Shown: positions 38,117 to 51,482, numbered from the whole stretch's first letter. The stretch is 62,944 bases of DNA, filler included, from Rhabdomonas costata (GCA_019059605.1; 33 parts of 33 records of this genome joined end to end with filler, not necessarily neighbours in it); one strand, 5' to 3'. The notes: generated by a model not told the origin, from the sequence alone. Numbers and translations: made by a program.

Positions 38117-38976
38117 ACACANNNNNNNNNNNNNNNNNNNNNNNNNNNNNNNNNNNNNNNNNNNNTTAATTAATTAANNNNNNNNNNNNNNNNNNNNNNN
38201 NNNNNNNNNNNNNNNNNNNNNTTTTGTGGTGCCTACCTGTGTGTGTGTGTGTGTGTGTGTGTGTACACGCGAAGAGTGTGTCCATGCTTGTGCTGCTAAT
38301 TGTATCATAGATGGTTTTCTGTACAGATTTTAATGTCCTCGGTCTGCTTTCCTTCGCTCTGCATCTGGTTGCGGATGGGTCATCACTCGTGTTGCCCTGA
38401 CCTGGTGCAAGGAAACAATGCAAATGCAATTCATTGTATATGTTGTCGTAGATGGATGGGGTAGGTGGGGTAGTTAGTAGTTGTAGTAGGTAGGTAGGTG
38501 GAGGGAGAGGGACCACTTGCTGTCGTTTGCTGCGCTGTGCTTTGAGTTATGCATTGGATGTGAAACATTATGTTCGATGGTCTCTGTCTCTTTGCTACGC
38601 CCTTCTGCAGAGGAAAGCCCGTTGTACTTTGAAAGGCAGGTCCCCGGAAATGAATTGTACAAACGGTCTTGTCCAGGAATTTGTATTTTATTCGCGTTCT
38701 ACGAGCTAGAATTCCTCTTGTTATGGGCTTCTGTTTTGATACCCTCTTTCACATTTACGATGAGATTTTGTCATCGCCGTCCCATGAGTGCCATTTCAAC
38801 GTTAATGATGACGCTTCTTTTTATGCATTGTGCTGGGTGCCTTTCTCGACCGCCGAGTGTCTTTTTTCTCCCAGCAATCTGTTCCTATCCTCTTCGGTTC
38901 GAAAGAATAATTGGCTGTGCATATATATTCCCTTCGGATTTTTGGGTTTCCTGTCCGCGCTGGGGTGTTGAATGAC

Positions 38977-39988
38977 ATGGATCGTGTCTGGAGGGGAAGC
39001 AACCGTGTAAATAGTTTCCCGACGGCTGACTCGACGTCCGCTCGTGGATGGAAGGGCGGGATTCAGCTCCCGCTGTGGCTGCTTATGGGCTTGCTGGTTG
39101 TGCTCTCTGTGGTGGCCGTGGGGTTGCTGGCCTTCTTGCCAGTGTACTTCCGTACGGAGGCCACAATGAACTTGGTGGCGGCGAAATACCGTGGGCTCTC
39201 GTTCCTCGCTGTGGAGAATGAAGTGAAGTGCCTGCTGCAGCAGCAGCTGGAGATGGCGGAGCTATTGGCGAAGATTCAAGCTACCTTTCCACAAGGTATG
39301 CCACAAATCCAAGGACTATCTTGACGCTGATTCTCCCCTCCCTGTGTCTCACTTTTCTCTCTTCGACACTGGCTTAAACGGAAAACAGCTACTGAATCAG
39401 GAGAACTATAGCGTAGGTCTTTTTTGCCGTCCCTTGCTGCTGTCATCTTGCTGGTGCTTGCGGATCTGTGCATGATGCCCATTTTTTAAACGATGTGTGC
39501 ACGTACTCTGAACGAATCGCGGACGCCCGCCAGAGCGTTATGCGTGATCGATTAGCGTTACAGGCAGAGAAGCCACCGAGCTTTCGAAAGGGAATGTTAT
39601 CCCGGCCACAATTACCCCGTCTGCCTTTCTCTTTCTTGTTGCATCCCCGGTACTGTTTTCCATATTGATTGTTCGATGTCGCTCGTCACCCCTTCACTCT
39701 CCCTCCGTGTCAGAGGATCCTCCCTTCCCTGCGGAGCTGCGCAAGATCCTGTTCTACGGGGTACAGACTCTGTCCAACGTCAAGAACATGGTTGTGGGCT
39801 ACTCCAGTGGGGACGTCGTGGCCATGAGCAAGAACGGGGAGCTCAGCCCCCCAACGCCCACGTGGGCCCTCTCAGGCCAAATCACCGGCTACCATGCTGT
39901 GGTGCTACCCGCGCGGACGTGGGGGACTGAGTGGCTACAAAACTACAGCAATGCCAGCAACGGCGTGGAGATGAATGTCACTACTCGG
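38977..39988 (+). CDS. Membrane receptor-like protein N-terminus (TM helix plus Cache-like extracellular region; possibly a receptor cyclase or kinase); exons 38977-39295, 39714-39988
   Basis: IQLPLWLLMGLLVVLSVVAVGLLAFLPVY TM helix, long amphipathic helix, then NMVVGYSSGDVVAM (Cache-like hxhG...G.h); phase-1 GT-AG intron; catalytic domain not in the contig. Confidence 0.6.
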
Positions 39989-40149
39989 GTATCGCTGAAC
40001 ACTTTGTGCGAAGTGTGCCTGCGGGGGGGGGGGGGNNNNNNNNNNNNNNNNNNNNNNNNNNNNNNNNNNNNNNNNNNNNTTAATTAATTAANNNNNNNNN
40101 NNNNNNNNNNNNNNNNNNNNNNNNNNNNNNNNNNNTTTGTTTTGGGGCC

Positions 40150-40729
40150 CTCCCCAAGCACTGCGCCACCCCTTTCGCCACCGCGACGGCAAGCTGCAGG
40201 CAACAGCAGCCACCGTTTCTCCGAGCCTAATGCTCTGGGCGCGGATCAACTGGCGCACCACAACCTTAGCTCCTGGGCCCCATGCCCTAGAGGTTTATAC
40301 GCATACCGGCACCAACCGCCACACCACGCCAGCGCACGCGCCCCCTGCGCTCACCAGCTTCTCTGCCTCGCGAGCGGCAGCAGCAGCCCTGGGAACCACC
40401 TCCGCTGACGCAAATGATGCTGCTTAAGGGCGCAGAGGGTTGCCGGAACATGACGCGCCCGGCAGCAAGGGTGTGGATCCTCCGAAGCAAAAGAGTGCGT
40501 ATGGCAGAAAGCGCGGGCAACGGGACGCTATGGCCTTGAGCATGACGCTCCGGTTCTCAGCGATGTAGGCATTCGAGAAGTCGAGAGAAAGAACAGCATG
40601 CCCAACTGAGGCGGAACGAGCCCACTCGCGGACCCAGACAATGAACTCGACAGCGCCTTGCTGGCCGACGCCCACCTGAAGAGGAGCGAGCAAGGAGGAG
40701 GGCTCACTCTGATACTTCGCCACAAGCAC
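40150..40729 (-). mobile_element. Degenerate CRE-like non-LTR RT relic
   Basis: LLAPLQVGVGQQGAVEFIV...AVLSLDFSNAY..NRSVMLKAIASRCPRFLPYA (QxGVG and DFxNAFN motifs); decays downstream. Confidence 0.8.
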
Positions 40730-40739
40730 AGGTCACACA

Positions 40740-41777
40740 GGTCACACAACATGCCTCATTTGGGGACGTGACCCTTCGTGATGGCCTCCAGGAAGGGGTC
40801 CTTGTTGCCAAGGTTCTGCCTCCATTGGAACTCCTTGAGGACCTCCTGGTGGTGGTGCTCCATGACCCCTCCTCGGTTGTTCCACCAGCAGTGGAATCTT
40901 CCCCACAGCACTTCGATCATGTTGGTGTGCACTGTGCGGGTCTTCCCTCTCACTTTCCTTCTTTGAGTAAATACCACAGCTGTGGTCAACATAATCACGG
41001 AGATATCCGTGCTTCTTCGATATCATCATGCATTCATCTTGCACAGATCTTCAAGCTCGTCCGCTCGTGGTGCCCAAACCGTCTCTCAACCTCCTCCTGA
41101 GCCTTCAGCTTTAATTCTCCAGAATAATACGACCTGTTTCTTTCCCTATTTCCGTCTCATCACACTCCACTTCAATGTCAGGTCCTCCGACTTCTGTCGA
41201 CCTTCCTCTGCCTCCTTGGCGCAGATTCTCAGCCGATGGCACCATGATGCCAGAGTAGCTGTCGAAAGACCAAGCATTTCGCAGCTCTGAATGCCTCGAG
41301 CATCGTGAACCCAAAGGTAAAACAGCTATAGAATTTGCTGAAGAGTCAACTTACTCCCTTCCAAAAGTGAATTTTGCTGGCAGGGTTTGTGCTTTTGACA
41401 GCCCTTTCGCTTGCACCGCCAATTGCGGTTTGCCACGGTAGTCCTCTGGGTCTGCGGCCACCTCTCCATCACAGCGGGGACATTTCGGCTTTCTGCGGTT
41501 GAAAATTCCATACTTTTCTGCGAATTTCCTCGCCTTCTCTTCATCGTTGCACAAATCGGAAAGGTCAAACAACGTAAACATTGTCTGTAAGAAGGCAGGC
41601 ACACAAGTAAATGTTTGCCTTTTAAATATTCCAACCTCAACGAGTGTTACAATAACATTAAGACCTCTTCAGCTGATCAGGATAGGATCAGTGAAATAGA
41701 TTCGATATGTTAGCTGTACTTGCATCTCTTTTTTTCGCATACGCTGGTAGATTGATTTGAATACAAGTGATATGACC
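40740..41777 (-). mobile_element. Merlin (IS1595/ISXO2-like DDE) DNA transposon relic; transposase pseudogene 41581-40756; imperfect TIRs 40740-40753 / 41764-41777
   Basis: CPRC...WRC...C Zn ribbon, EGSKLTLQQIL, GGPDIEVECDETEIGK (first D), GYLRDYVDHS, VHTNMIEVLW (E), LKEFQWR; frameshifts and deletions; termini GGTCATATCACTTG vs GGTCACACAACATG (10/14). Confidence 0.88.
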
Positions 41778-41807
41778 CTTGCATGCGCTCGACGCGCTCG
41801 ACGAGAC

Positions 41808-41858
41808 AACCAACCAACCAACCAACCAACCAACCAACCAACCAACCAACCAACCAAC
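41808..41858. repeat. (AACC)n microsatellite
   Basis: About 12 tandem AACC units. Confidence 0.95.
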
Positions 41859-42179
41859 AGTTGTGTGTCTGTGTAAATAGCCAAACGCCAGAAAAAGCGA
41901 TTTTAAAAAGCGGATTTGAGGCGCACCCGAGGCAAGCCACAACCACANNNNNNNNNNNNNNNNNNNNNNNNNNNNNNNNNNNNNNNNNNNNTTAATTAAT
42001 TAANNNNNNNNNNNNNNNNNNNNNNNNNNNNNNNNNNNNNNNNNNNNGTGGTGGTGTTGCCTGGTTGACTGGTTGCTTGGTTGTTGGTGACCACTCTGGA
42101 CTGACTGGCGCACCGCTGTTGGCCACGGGTGCTCGCCCGTCATTGTGTGTGTGTGTGTGTGTGTGGAGAGGAAACAAAC

Positions 42180-43690
42180 CCAGGTATCCTGCCAGAATGC
42201 CGCAGAGGTGCCCCGAGAACGAGGCCCCGGGCCACAGCAGCTGCAGCAGCAGGAGCATCACCCAAGGGTACACCGCGGCGGGCACCGTGCACAGCCCAAA
42301 GAGTCTTTTGATTTTGATTTTCTTTCTTCGCACCAATCCCTTCGTGTGACAGAGAAAACCCCACAGAAAGACGATTGCAAAATACCGAGAAGGAAGACAT
42401 CTTTTCGAATGACAAAAGTTAACATCAGACCCCTGGCGTTTATATGGGGGGACGTCTGTTGATGCTGCAGAGAGTACGAAAAGCTGGAAGGCGGGCAGAC
42501 ATTCACACGAAGAACCGGTAAGTAAACACAGTGTCCAACCGCGATACGAGCAACACGCGACAACAATGACAACGCACTGCAAGGAGCACCTTCAGCGGTC
42601 TGAAAACCCCGCCGTAAACACAGGCAGACATCGGCGGCACACACATACGTGCGCGAGGAAACTGTGTTGTACACGTGCACTTCCAACGTGAGGTAGGAGA
42701 ACAGGACCCCTGCAACAAAAAGCGTATACCTAATGGTGCTTACTCTCTCTAACTGTCAATTCTCATCGCGGGGCATCGTGCTTGGAGTTGGAAGTGGCAC
42801 TGGGTTCATGAAATGTGCTCAAACAGGAAGGTGATCAAATAGCTGTGGAATCAATTTGGATTAATTGGCGCTGCATATTCGCTTCACACAGCTTCGCTCT
42901 TTTCACCACGCCTTATGCGCGAAAAGTCGGCCGCGCCGTGATGTGCCTTCTCCACCCCACACAATTCCTTCCCCGTGCAGGCTGTCGCGAGCTCTTAAAG
43001 TTTTGCTTCCTCCGTTCTTCTGGTAACTTTTTCTCACTCCATTATGAACGTGACCCCACCTGAGCAACTGCTACGACACCCACAACGGGCGCCGGGTCCC
43101 CCACCTAATTCTCTACCTCCGGTCATCGTCCTCCTCGTTTTGCTGTTAGTGGCCACAGTTGACAACCAAAAGCAGGACTGTCGCTGCCTGAGAGCCCCCA
43201 TGCTCAACGGTTTCAGTGCAAACACACATTCTCAGCAACAGCGCCGAGCTAAATGAAAGACCCCTGGGATTCGTTTTGGGATGACCTTAAACCATTAACA
43301 CTCTTTTACCGTCGAAAATTCTAAAACTTGAAAAATTTGGCATCTTGAGGGCATTCGAACAGTGTACCTGACCCCTTTCCTTGAGGAAACCTCATCTAGT
43401 GGTACAGCAGGGCTCGGAAAATAACTTCCCAGCATCACCAAGTCTAATTTTTGCGACCCCTCTCCCCATGGTACGTCCCTGCGCGTTCCAACCGATTCGC
43501 GGCCTCCGCTAAAAGTGTAACCCTTCATCCCAAAATAACATCGTCCCGTATATTTAGCCATTTCTATTGGCAAGTATCTGCGCCTTTGATACGACGCACA
43601 TAAGAGTGAAAGTGGAAGGAGAAACCTGAGAAGCCCAGCGCGCATGCCGTGAACGAGAACAGTTTCATCAGGAAGGAGACTTTGGTCAGC
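42180..43690 (-). CDS. Rhomboid intramembrane serine protease, RHBDD1/RBL14-like; exons 43690-43626, 42709-42649, 42304-42180
   Basis: Spliced CALGFS|GVLFSYL (catalytic GxSG) and YPWVMLLLLQLLWPGASFSGHLCGILAGYL (catalytic His); GT-AG introns in phase. Confidence 0.9.
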
Positions 43691-43990
43691 CTGAACGCAA
43701 AGGCATACGGACGGAAGGCAAAAGCGCCATCCTGCCGGAGTTGATTCCAGCGCCGTGAGCACATACCGTGCTTTGGGAACCGAGGGTTCCCAGTTTCAAA
43801 ACAGCCTACCTCATCATAAGGTCCTGAATGAAGCTCACAGCATTACCACCCACCNNNNNNNNNNNNNNNNNNNNNNNNNNNNNNNNNNNNNNNNNNNNTT
43901 AATTAATTAANNNNNNNNNNNNNNNNNNNNNNNNNNNNNNNNNNNNNNNNNNNNGGTGGTTGGGTTTTCTTCTGTTTATCACCTCTTTAG

Positions 43991-45713
43991 GCTCTGGCAA
44001 GACCACGGCCTTCGTGATCTCCAGTATTGTGGCAATTCACGATTCCCGAGGTTCCTGTGCTGTCACACTACTAATCGTTTCCCAGCGTCCGCTGAGAAAC
44101 TGGTGCCTGTCATGTCATGTGAGGTGGTGGCTTTTGCCATGGTCACGGGAAATTCAGCCATTATTATAACGGGGTCATTCAATCCTCCCGTTGTCCATGT
44201 GCACGGGGCCAAACAATGGCTTTCTTATAGGAGGTTGGACCTGCCTATGCGGTCGTGTTATGCTGACGTGCAGATATGCCAACTTAGGGGAACCTTTCTG
44301 ATAGTATGTAATCTTGTTTTGGTCGCATTTCAAATACCCGACATGTGTGTTACGAGGTTTCCTTTGATATGAAAGTTTTGGTTAAAACTTGAGCGCTATG
44401 TGCGAAAATTAGAGTAGTGATAGAATGATTTCTGAGCATTCCCTATGGTGAAGACTTTCTTTGAAGAGCCGAGGGCTGTCCGAAAGCGAAGTGTGTGCTC
44501 TGTGGTGATCTCTGGGATGGGCTCATGTCAGGCCATATCCAGGAGCAGCTCTCCGGGGTGGCGTCCCCAACTGTGGTTATAATTGTCCCGACAGCGGAGC
44601 TGGCCACCCAGATCTGCGCCTGGGTCCAGAAGGTTCCCCCTCCTCCCTCCCCTCCTTTCCAGGGACACCAAAACCTGCATTTTGGGGGTTTCCCCGTTAA
44701 TTGTTCACAGGATTTCCAATCAACGGCGTTAAGTGGCCCCTTCCTTCGCTCCCGTCGAGATTTTGTGGGAAGGGGAGTGAAAGTCAGTTCCTGCCCTTAA
44801 GGGTTAAGGGCTCCGATTCCCAAGTATGCGTGGAAGCCAATTTTGATGTGTCCTGAAGCGAGCTGCTTCTTCCCCTGCTGCAGCCGCCTGCTGGGCACTG
44901 AGGACATCACCCCGAAGGCCGTCCGAAGTCTTAAAATGGGGTTGTGTTTCTTCATTTTTTCATCTTTCGCATGGGGGGCACTTCTTCATTGTGCTTTGTC
45001 CACACACAGCTGAGCCCAGGGTTGCGGTGCTGTAATCTTGCCCTCAGCTTCGAGGAGCTGGTTCCAGAGGTCGAACTGGTCGTTTCCGTTCCCCCGTGCC
45101 TGGCGGTCGCCCACCGCGACGGGGGCATCACCTTCGCCAGCACACAGTATGGATGCCCGTTGACGTGACGGGTGGTGTCCGCTGACTGCCGCGAGTGCTG
45201 CGCCTCAACGTTTAGAACCGATTGTTTTTGTTGTGGGCAGGCGCTGTCTTGTGCTGTCGGTTCATACATCCATTGGCTGTTGTCGTATCGGTTTGGACGC
45301 TTGTGTGTGGGAGGGGAAACCCACCATGTCGGTGTTGTTGGTGTCCAGAATGAAAGCTGAGATTCCGCTCGTTCCTTCTTGTTTCTCAGGCTTTGTATCC
45401 TGGATGAGGCTGACCTGCTTCTTATTCCTGGGCAAGTTTCACATCTACCCTTGCTTCGCATGACACTGCTGAGACGTATGCCTGCCTGCCCTGGTTGCGT
45501 GTGCATGTGGAGAACTCTCACTGTCATGTACACTGCCTGTGTAAGCTCCGTAGCTCTGTTTGCATGTTCGTGCCTTCCATGTGCCGGTCAGTTGGCCCGC
45601 GGTGTCACGTACATCTTCCCACTGGTTTCTGAGTGTCCATTGGGTTTCGAGGTGACCAAGGAGCAAAAACTCCCCTGCATCGGAAGAAATGCCGCCGGCA
45701 TTGGCACAAGGAG
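43991..45713 (+). CDS. Divergent DEAD-box helicase fragment; exons 43991-44050, 44532-44632, 45010-45146, 45390-45435, 45592-~45713
   Basis: GSGKTTAF (motif I), IIVPTAELATQI (Ia), LVVSVP (Ib-like), ILDEADLL (II); GT-AG introns in phase. Confidence 0.85.
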
Positions 45714-46817
45714 GGTAATCGCCAACGGAGACCGTTAAGCCGAAGAGCTCGCTACACCCCACCCNNNNNNNNNNNNNNNNNNNNNNNNNNNNNNNNNNNN
45801 NNNNNNNNTTAATTAATTAANNNNNNNNNNNNNNNNNNNNNNNNNNNNNNNNNNNNNNNNNNNNGGGGGTTGTGGAACTCCTTGCGAGCCGAGAACTTTC
45901 ACTGGTTAAGGAAAGCCGAGAGGGGTATTGCACCAAAACGCCATGCGGGATAATGGAGGCATTGCATCCATCAGATAAGGGGATCATTTGTTTGTCGCAG
46001 CAGATCACATCAAAAAAGGTTAGCTCATCCGCGAGAACAAGGAAATTCACTTGAAGAGAATGGTTCAAAACGTTTGCTCACGGCTGTGCAGCTGACGCTT
46101 CGCCTGCCCACTGCACCTGATAAGCGAAACACCAACGCCAACGCCCACTACTATTTTTTATAGGAAATCTTCAGGGGAAATATTGGTCGAAAGAGGTAGC
46201 TGAAACTGTGTTTAGATCCATTTCTCGAGCACTCTCGCTTCTTCTTAAGGATATGAGCTACCGCTTCTGAGGACAGCTCGCCGGCAATAGCAGTGAGCTG
46301 CCGGAGTCCTGTGGAGGCGACCATGCCCTCGGAAATATGCTTCATCGCCTGTGGAGAGAGAGAGAAAGAAAGAGGCAGGTAGAAGAGGAGGAAGACGGCG
46401 GGCGCAAGTCAGAGAAAGCCACCACCTCTGAAAGGCTAACACTAAATGCGATGTGGTGAGGGGTAAAAGGGGTTTTAACGACGGCGATAGAGTCAATGCA
46501 AAACTTTAGGCTCGGGAAACCGATACCGCGGTGAACGAGTTAATATAGGTGGGAGGTGCCTTTTGTGCTTGAGGGTTAGAAGATCTGTGCCAACTACTCG
46601 TGCCTCACCGTTCTGTGGTTTGAGGATATGTCCAGTCTATCTCTCTTTCACATGTCTCTGTATTTACGCGCGTATTCCAGTCTTTGTGGCATGGCCACCC
46701 AGAAACCTTTTAATGGTTTTTTTGCCAAAGAGCTCGGTTACCGGTTTTTAGGGTTGGAGAGATGTGCGTTTTTCTTTCCTTGGTCCTCCTCCGGCGCCTT
46801 TGCCCCTCTGCTTGCAG

Positions 46818-47014
46818 GTGATGTGGGAGTAAAAGGAAAGATAAAGTTTGCAATTGGGCCAGAGTACTTGGGTCAGGTCAGAGGCTGGTTTCTGGATTTT
46901 TGGGTTGTTCTTTGGGGATCGTCCTTCTTCCCTGCGGGACAGGTTTATCGACGAGCTCCGGATATGGTCGGTTGCTGTTCCCGACGACGAGCTGGTGGAA
47001 CATATGTTTACCAG
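46818..47014 (+). CDS. LamG/concanavalin-A-like domain exons (tentative)
   Basis: FAIGPEY... and FIDELRIWSVAV (IDELRIW LamG_3-like motif) in exon 46943-47014 bounded by AG and GT. Confidence 0.5.
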
Positions 47015-49254
47015 GTACTGTACCCACGCTTTTCAGGGCTGGCATAAGATGAATTTTCATTGGGAGCATATTTCTTCTTTATCGCTGGTTACCCAAAGCG
47101 ACACTGAGCGCATATATCACTCCCACTGCCACTTGTCTGGGGTTTGGTCTTTCTATCGTTCTGCAACGTTTTTTGGGGGTAATGTCATAGCCTGAAGATG
47201 CCATAGTAGAGTCCAGGTGGGGTGAGCTCAGATGCAATAGAAAAATGCAGAACACATACAGGACACAACGGGAGCAATGACTGAAGCAACACTTGCTGAA
47301 AAATAAACAATAGCCCAGAGGGCCGAAGATGGCAGTGGGTATGGAGTTGTAAATCGGGCAAGTTCGAGAAGAGGAACGGAGTGGTAGCAAAACAGAAATA
47401 CGCATGCCTAATTTTGTGGATGACGCCAGAGTGGCAGTAAATGGCGGTACATGGCGTTTCGGCGCTGTTCATGTAGAGTTGAAGCAAGTGTTTTGGCTCA
47501 ATACCCGGGTATGCCAAACAGCTCCCTTACCACGAATCCCCTTTGCTGTTCCCCACAAATTTCTCAGCCCCTGCTTTGTGCAGTGTCACCTGAAAAAGCG
47601 CGGGAAAACAAACAGATCCCCAAACTTACACGCACATTGACAACCACTGGGCTTGCTGTCTCAATTTCGNNNNNNNNNNNNNNNNNNNNNNNNNNNNNNN
47701 NNNNNNNNNNNNNTTAATTAATTAANNNNNNNNNNNNNNNNNNNNNNNNNNNNNNNNNNNNNNNNNNNNGGTTGGTTTTTTGTGTGAGGGTGAAAAGTGG
47801 TTGGGAATCCCAGGGTATCGTGGGTTCGGGAGCTTGGGAAAGTTGGATGTTGGTTCCCAGCATCCGGAAACCGAGGGTCTGGTCTGATTTTTTGCGATCT
47901 CCCCAACACGCACGCAGTGTTCTCTTCTCCCGGCAACGTGAGAGAAGAATTTGATGCTTAAAGTGGAAGGGCTGTTTTCCTCACTTTGTGTGCCTGCCCT
48001 CCCCATCGCCGTTTTGTGCTTTTTGTTTCTTCCTTCTTTTTGCCAAATCCTGCTCTTGTATGAGTTTCTGGATGAGAGCACCGGAGATCAAAGACAACCG
48101 GATGGTGTTGTCTTTGGATGAGCACAGTTTTGTAGGTGTCCTGATTGGTGTGGTCTTTTGGTGCCTATGTCCACTATCCTCGAGTGCATCGGAGCATGAT
48201 AAACATTCCAATAAAGGCGACCAGCCGCCAGCCAATTTGCCGCCTCACTACTGCGATATTGTTTGCGCTTTTCTGGTGTGAATTGAACTGCCGTTCTAAG
48301 CTTCAATTTATTTTCGCGCTTGAGCTCAATGACGTGGTGCTAGAAAGCTGCCTCTGTATGGTACCGTTACGTGACGTTTATAACATCCGTACTAGAATAT
48401 CGTGGTATATGATTTGGAGGATTTCGTTCAGCAAAGAAAGAAAGAAAGAATCAGACACGCAAATCCTTTCATTGGTTATGGTTCGGTTTCTCGTCATTTC
48501 GCCTTTGGTTCTGGTGTGGTCATGTAGCCTTCCTTGGTGCTTTGGAGTGTCTGCGGTGCTTGGCTGTCCGCGGGGTTTGATGTTCATGGGTAAGGTGCTT
48601 TGTCTGCGATCTTGTCTCCTGTTGTGGCCCCCGGCGTGATCCCACGTGTCTCCTGACTCCCTGGTTTTCCTGTAGCTATCCTTCCTCCTACCGAGAGGCC
48701 TGCAACTGCAAAAGCCCGCATCTAGAAGCATTGTCCGTGGACACAGGGCAAGACACAGTGTCTTAGGTACCGTTTACGAGACGACGAACCACTGCGGCAA
48801 CACCACTGAGTGCAGGACGTGCCCTCTACCACCGTACTTCACCAAACCAACGGACTGCAGATCGCCATAGCGCGGTAACCCACACTACCGCTGGTGATGC
48901 TGGTACACCTAACCCACTTTATGTGCGGAGGTGCTGGTTACCGGTAGAGATGACTATGCATATCTACACGTACTTATACCACTATACGCGTAGAAATCTG
49001 CATAACCACCAACACTCAACCCAGCAACCCGAGTACTATATGACTGGTCGCTCATGGGCATGACACCGTGGTCCAATCTTTCTATGCTACCACACCGCTA
49101 TACTGCGAAACAGGAAAGGGGTGAGGTTCGAACCCGGCAGTTATTCACCAGGGCATTTTTTGAACCCACCTTTGTCCGGATTTGAGCTTTCCAACTTTTC
49201 AGCGATCTCTCTCTTTTTCAGCTTTTTAGTTGCTTAATTTATAGTCCAGTGCGA

Positions 49255-49383
49255 TTGTCCCAAATTTCCGGGCTTCCCGATGACACCCTGTTGTGTAGCT
49301 TTTGGTTTATGGGACTAAAGCCGCAGCTCGCGCTTCGCCTGGTGAGCCAGAAGTTTCGAGGACTGGTGTGGGAGATGTACGGC
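49255..49383 (+). CDS. F-box motif protein, N-terminal part (start codon not identified)
   Basis: ISGLPDDTLLCSFWFMGLKPQLALRLVSQKFRGLV fits the F-box consensus LPxEhh..hh..h....h..h..VSK.W..h. Confidence 0.65.
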
Positions 49384-49687
49384 GCAGGGGAGGCGCGGTG
49401 GCGCGCGGCTTCTGATGGGCGAGGGCTTCCCACTCGGCGCGTCGGTCCACTCGATCAGGAGGGTAGGTGGGGGTAAAGGCCTGCCACCACCCCTTCGGGT
49501 TCGCTCCGGGGGCGAGTGGGGCACCCTGGAGGGTTGAGCGGCTGAGCTGCTCGAGGACCCGCTCCGTCTCGGCGCCGCANNNNNNNNNNNNNNNNNNNNN
49601 NNNNNNNNNNNNNNNNNNNNNNNTTAATTAATTAANNNNNNNNNNNNNNNNNNNNNNNNNNNNNNNNNNNNNNNNNNNNTTTTTGGG

Positions 49688-51482
49688 TTCAAGAGTTCCT
49701 CTCATTTCCCTTTTTGGTTGGGGTCTTCCTGCAGTTCGCATTTATTGCCTCGTCTTTAGGCCTCCAGCCTCTTGCTCCGGTTGTCAAGGAGAACGCATAG
49801 GCTGGCAGTTGGATCCGACTGGGTCAGACTTGAAATTTCTTGTGCCAGCAATGGTGCAAAAAGGCCACCATTGGAGACTTTGCAGGTGGTTTGTGGATAT
49901 TTAGAGCATATCTCCCGTTGCAAACCATGCCAGCAGAACCGCTTCCTTGTGCATTGAAGCTCCTTAAGTTCAGGTCACCTTTTTTCTGGATAAGGAGACG
50001 TTTTGCAGATGTGACCTTTGCTGTAGTTTTGTTTCTCACATCTGTCACGGCATCTACTCTAATCTCTTCTAATCTGGCTGACTTTTGGTTTATTTTATAT
50101 TTGCTCACGAAATGGTGTTCACTCTTTGGTGTCAGGCAGCAGTTCCTTTGTGGGGAGGGATGTGGGTAGAGTTCCCCTTTGCCTGGACTACTCTTGACAT
50201 TTGTATGCCCCCAGTTCTGGGCGACAAAAAGAGACGAGGGGCCAGCAGAGCAATGGAAGGGGAATGCTCTTGAAGCGGTTCCATTGCTACTGGAAGCTCC
50301 CTGCCTTCCCCGCCTCGTTGGACACTCGCGCTTGGACGGCTTTTGGGTTGCTACAGTTTCGTCTCGTTTTCTCCCATTTATAGGTTTGTAAGAATCTGGT
50401 CCAGCGCGGTGCGGAGATCAATGCCCAAGACAACGGCGGACAAACCGCCATCATGTACGCGGCTCAAAAGGGCCGAGCAGAGGTTGTAGGGCTTGTAGGG
50501 CTGTGAGCTGCACCCCCCCCCTCTCCTTTGCTCGTTTGTATGCGGCAACAGAGTGTGGGCGAGGTACGAGAGCTTTGTTCGAGAAACACTGCAAGAGCCC
50601 ATGGCCCGCAGGACTGCAGAAAGAATCCGCTGTGATTGTTGTCTCGAAGGAAATCACACTTTTTTTTGTTGACAAAATCATGAATTTACGAAGGGTGGCC
50701 TTTTTTTCCTTCTTTTTACTTCCGCTGTGTATCGTGTTGGGTACCCACGGTACTGGACTATTTTACGGTACTCCGTGCCGTTTTGATCCGCGCCATCCGG
50801 CAGAAAAGCTGACTTCTCACAGTCTTCGGCACACCCCTCCACTGTGATGCCTTCCACCCTCTGTGTGCTGAACAACGTGCACTCACCGCTTTCGGTTTCC
50901 GCCATTCTGGTTTCCTCTCACCCACAGACGGTCCTTGCACTTGCGGAGCTTGGCGCCGACCTCACAGTGCAGACCAAAGACAATGGGCACACCGTTCTGA
51001 TGTACTGCGCGGGTGGCGGCCTCACTGCGGTTGCGTGTGGGTTTTTGTGTTCAAGAGTTCCTCTCATTTCCCTTTTTGGATGGGGTCTTCCTGCAGTTCG
51101 CATTTATTGCCTCGTCTTCCGGTCTCCGGACCTCTGCATTTTTACGGAAAACTTGTGTTTTCCCGCTCCGGCGCGCAGCCGGAAAAGGCGATACCACAAA
51201 ACCACGGTCACGCAGTCTCGGTTGAAAAGGCCCCATTCTTCCCAAACCCATCGGGCTCCAGTTGTACCGTGATTCGGGAAACGGCAGTTTTATTCGAAAA
51301 TGCACTGAATCTTACAGGGTAGGTCAGACCGGACTGGTAACTCCTTGTGCTAGCAATGGTGCCAAAAAGCCAGCATTGGGGACTTTAGAAGGGGTTTAGG
51401 GACAGCAAACGAATGTCTCTCATTGTAATCATGCCAGCAAAACTGCTTCCTGGTGCATTTGAAGCTCTTGAGTTCAGGTCTC
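49688..51482 (+). repeat. Diverged direct duplication (~1.36 kb offset) of intron sequence flanking the ankyrin exon
   Basis: 49688-49757 is nearly identical to 51050-51119; ~49822-49980 is similar to ~51323-51482. Confidence 0.85.
50928..51029 (+). CDS. Ankyrin-repeat exon (102 nt, phase 0-0)
   Basis: TVLALAELGADLTVQTKDNGHTVLMYCAGGGLTA between CAG acceptor and GT donor. Confidence 0.85.

Noticed and set aside
49118-49140. GGTTCGAACCC B-box/T-arm-like motif (tRNA or SINE)
   Set aside because: No cloverleaf or convincing A-box on either strand
49255-51029. Apparent F-box plus ankyrin gene
   Set aside because: The two parts lie on different contigs separated by a spacer
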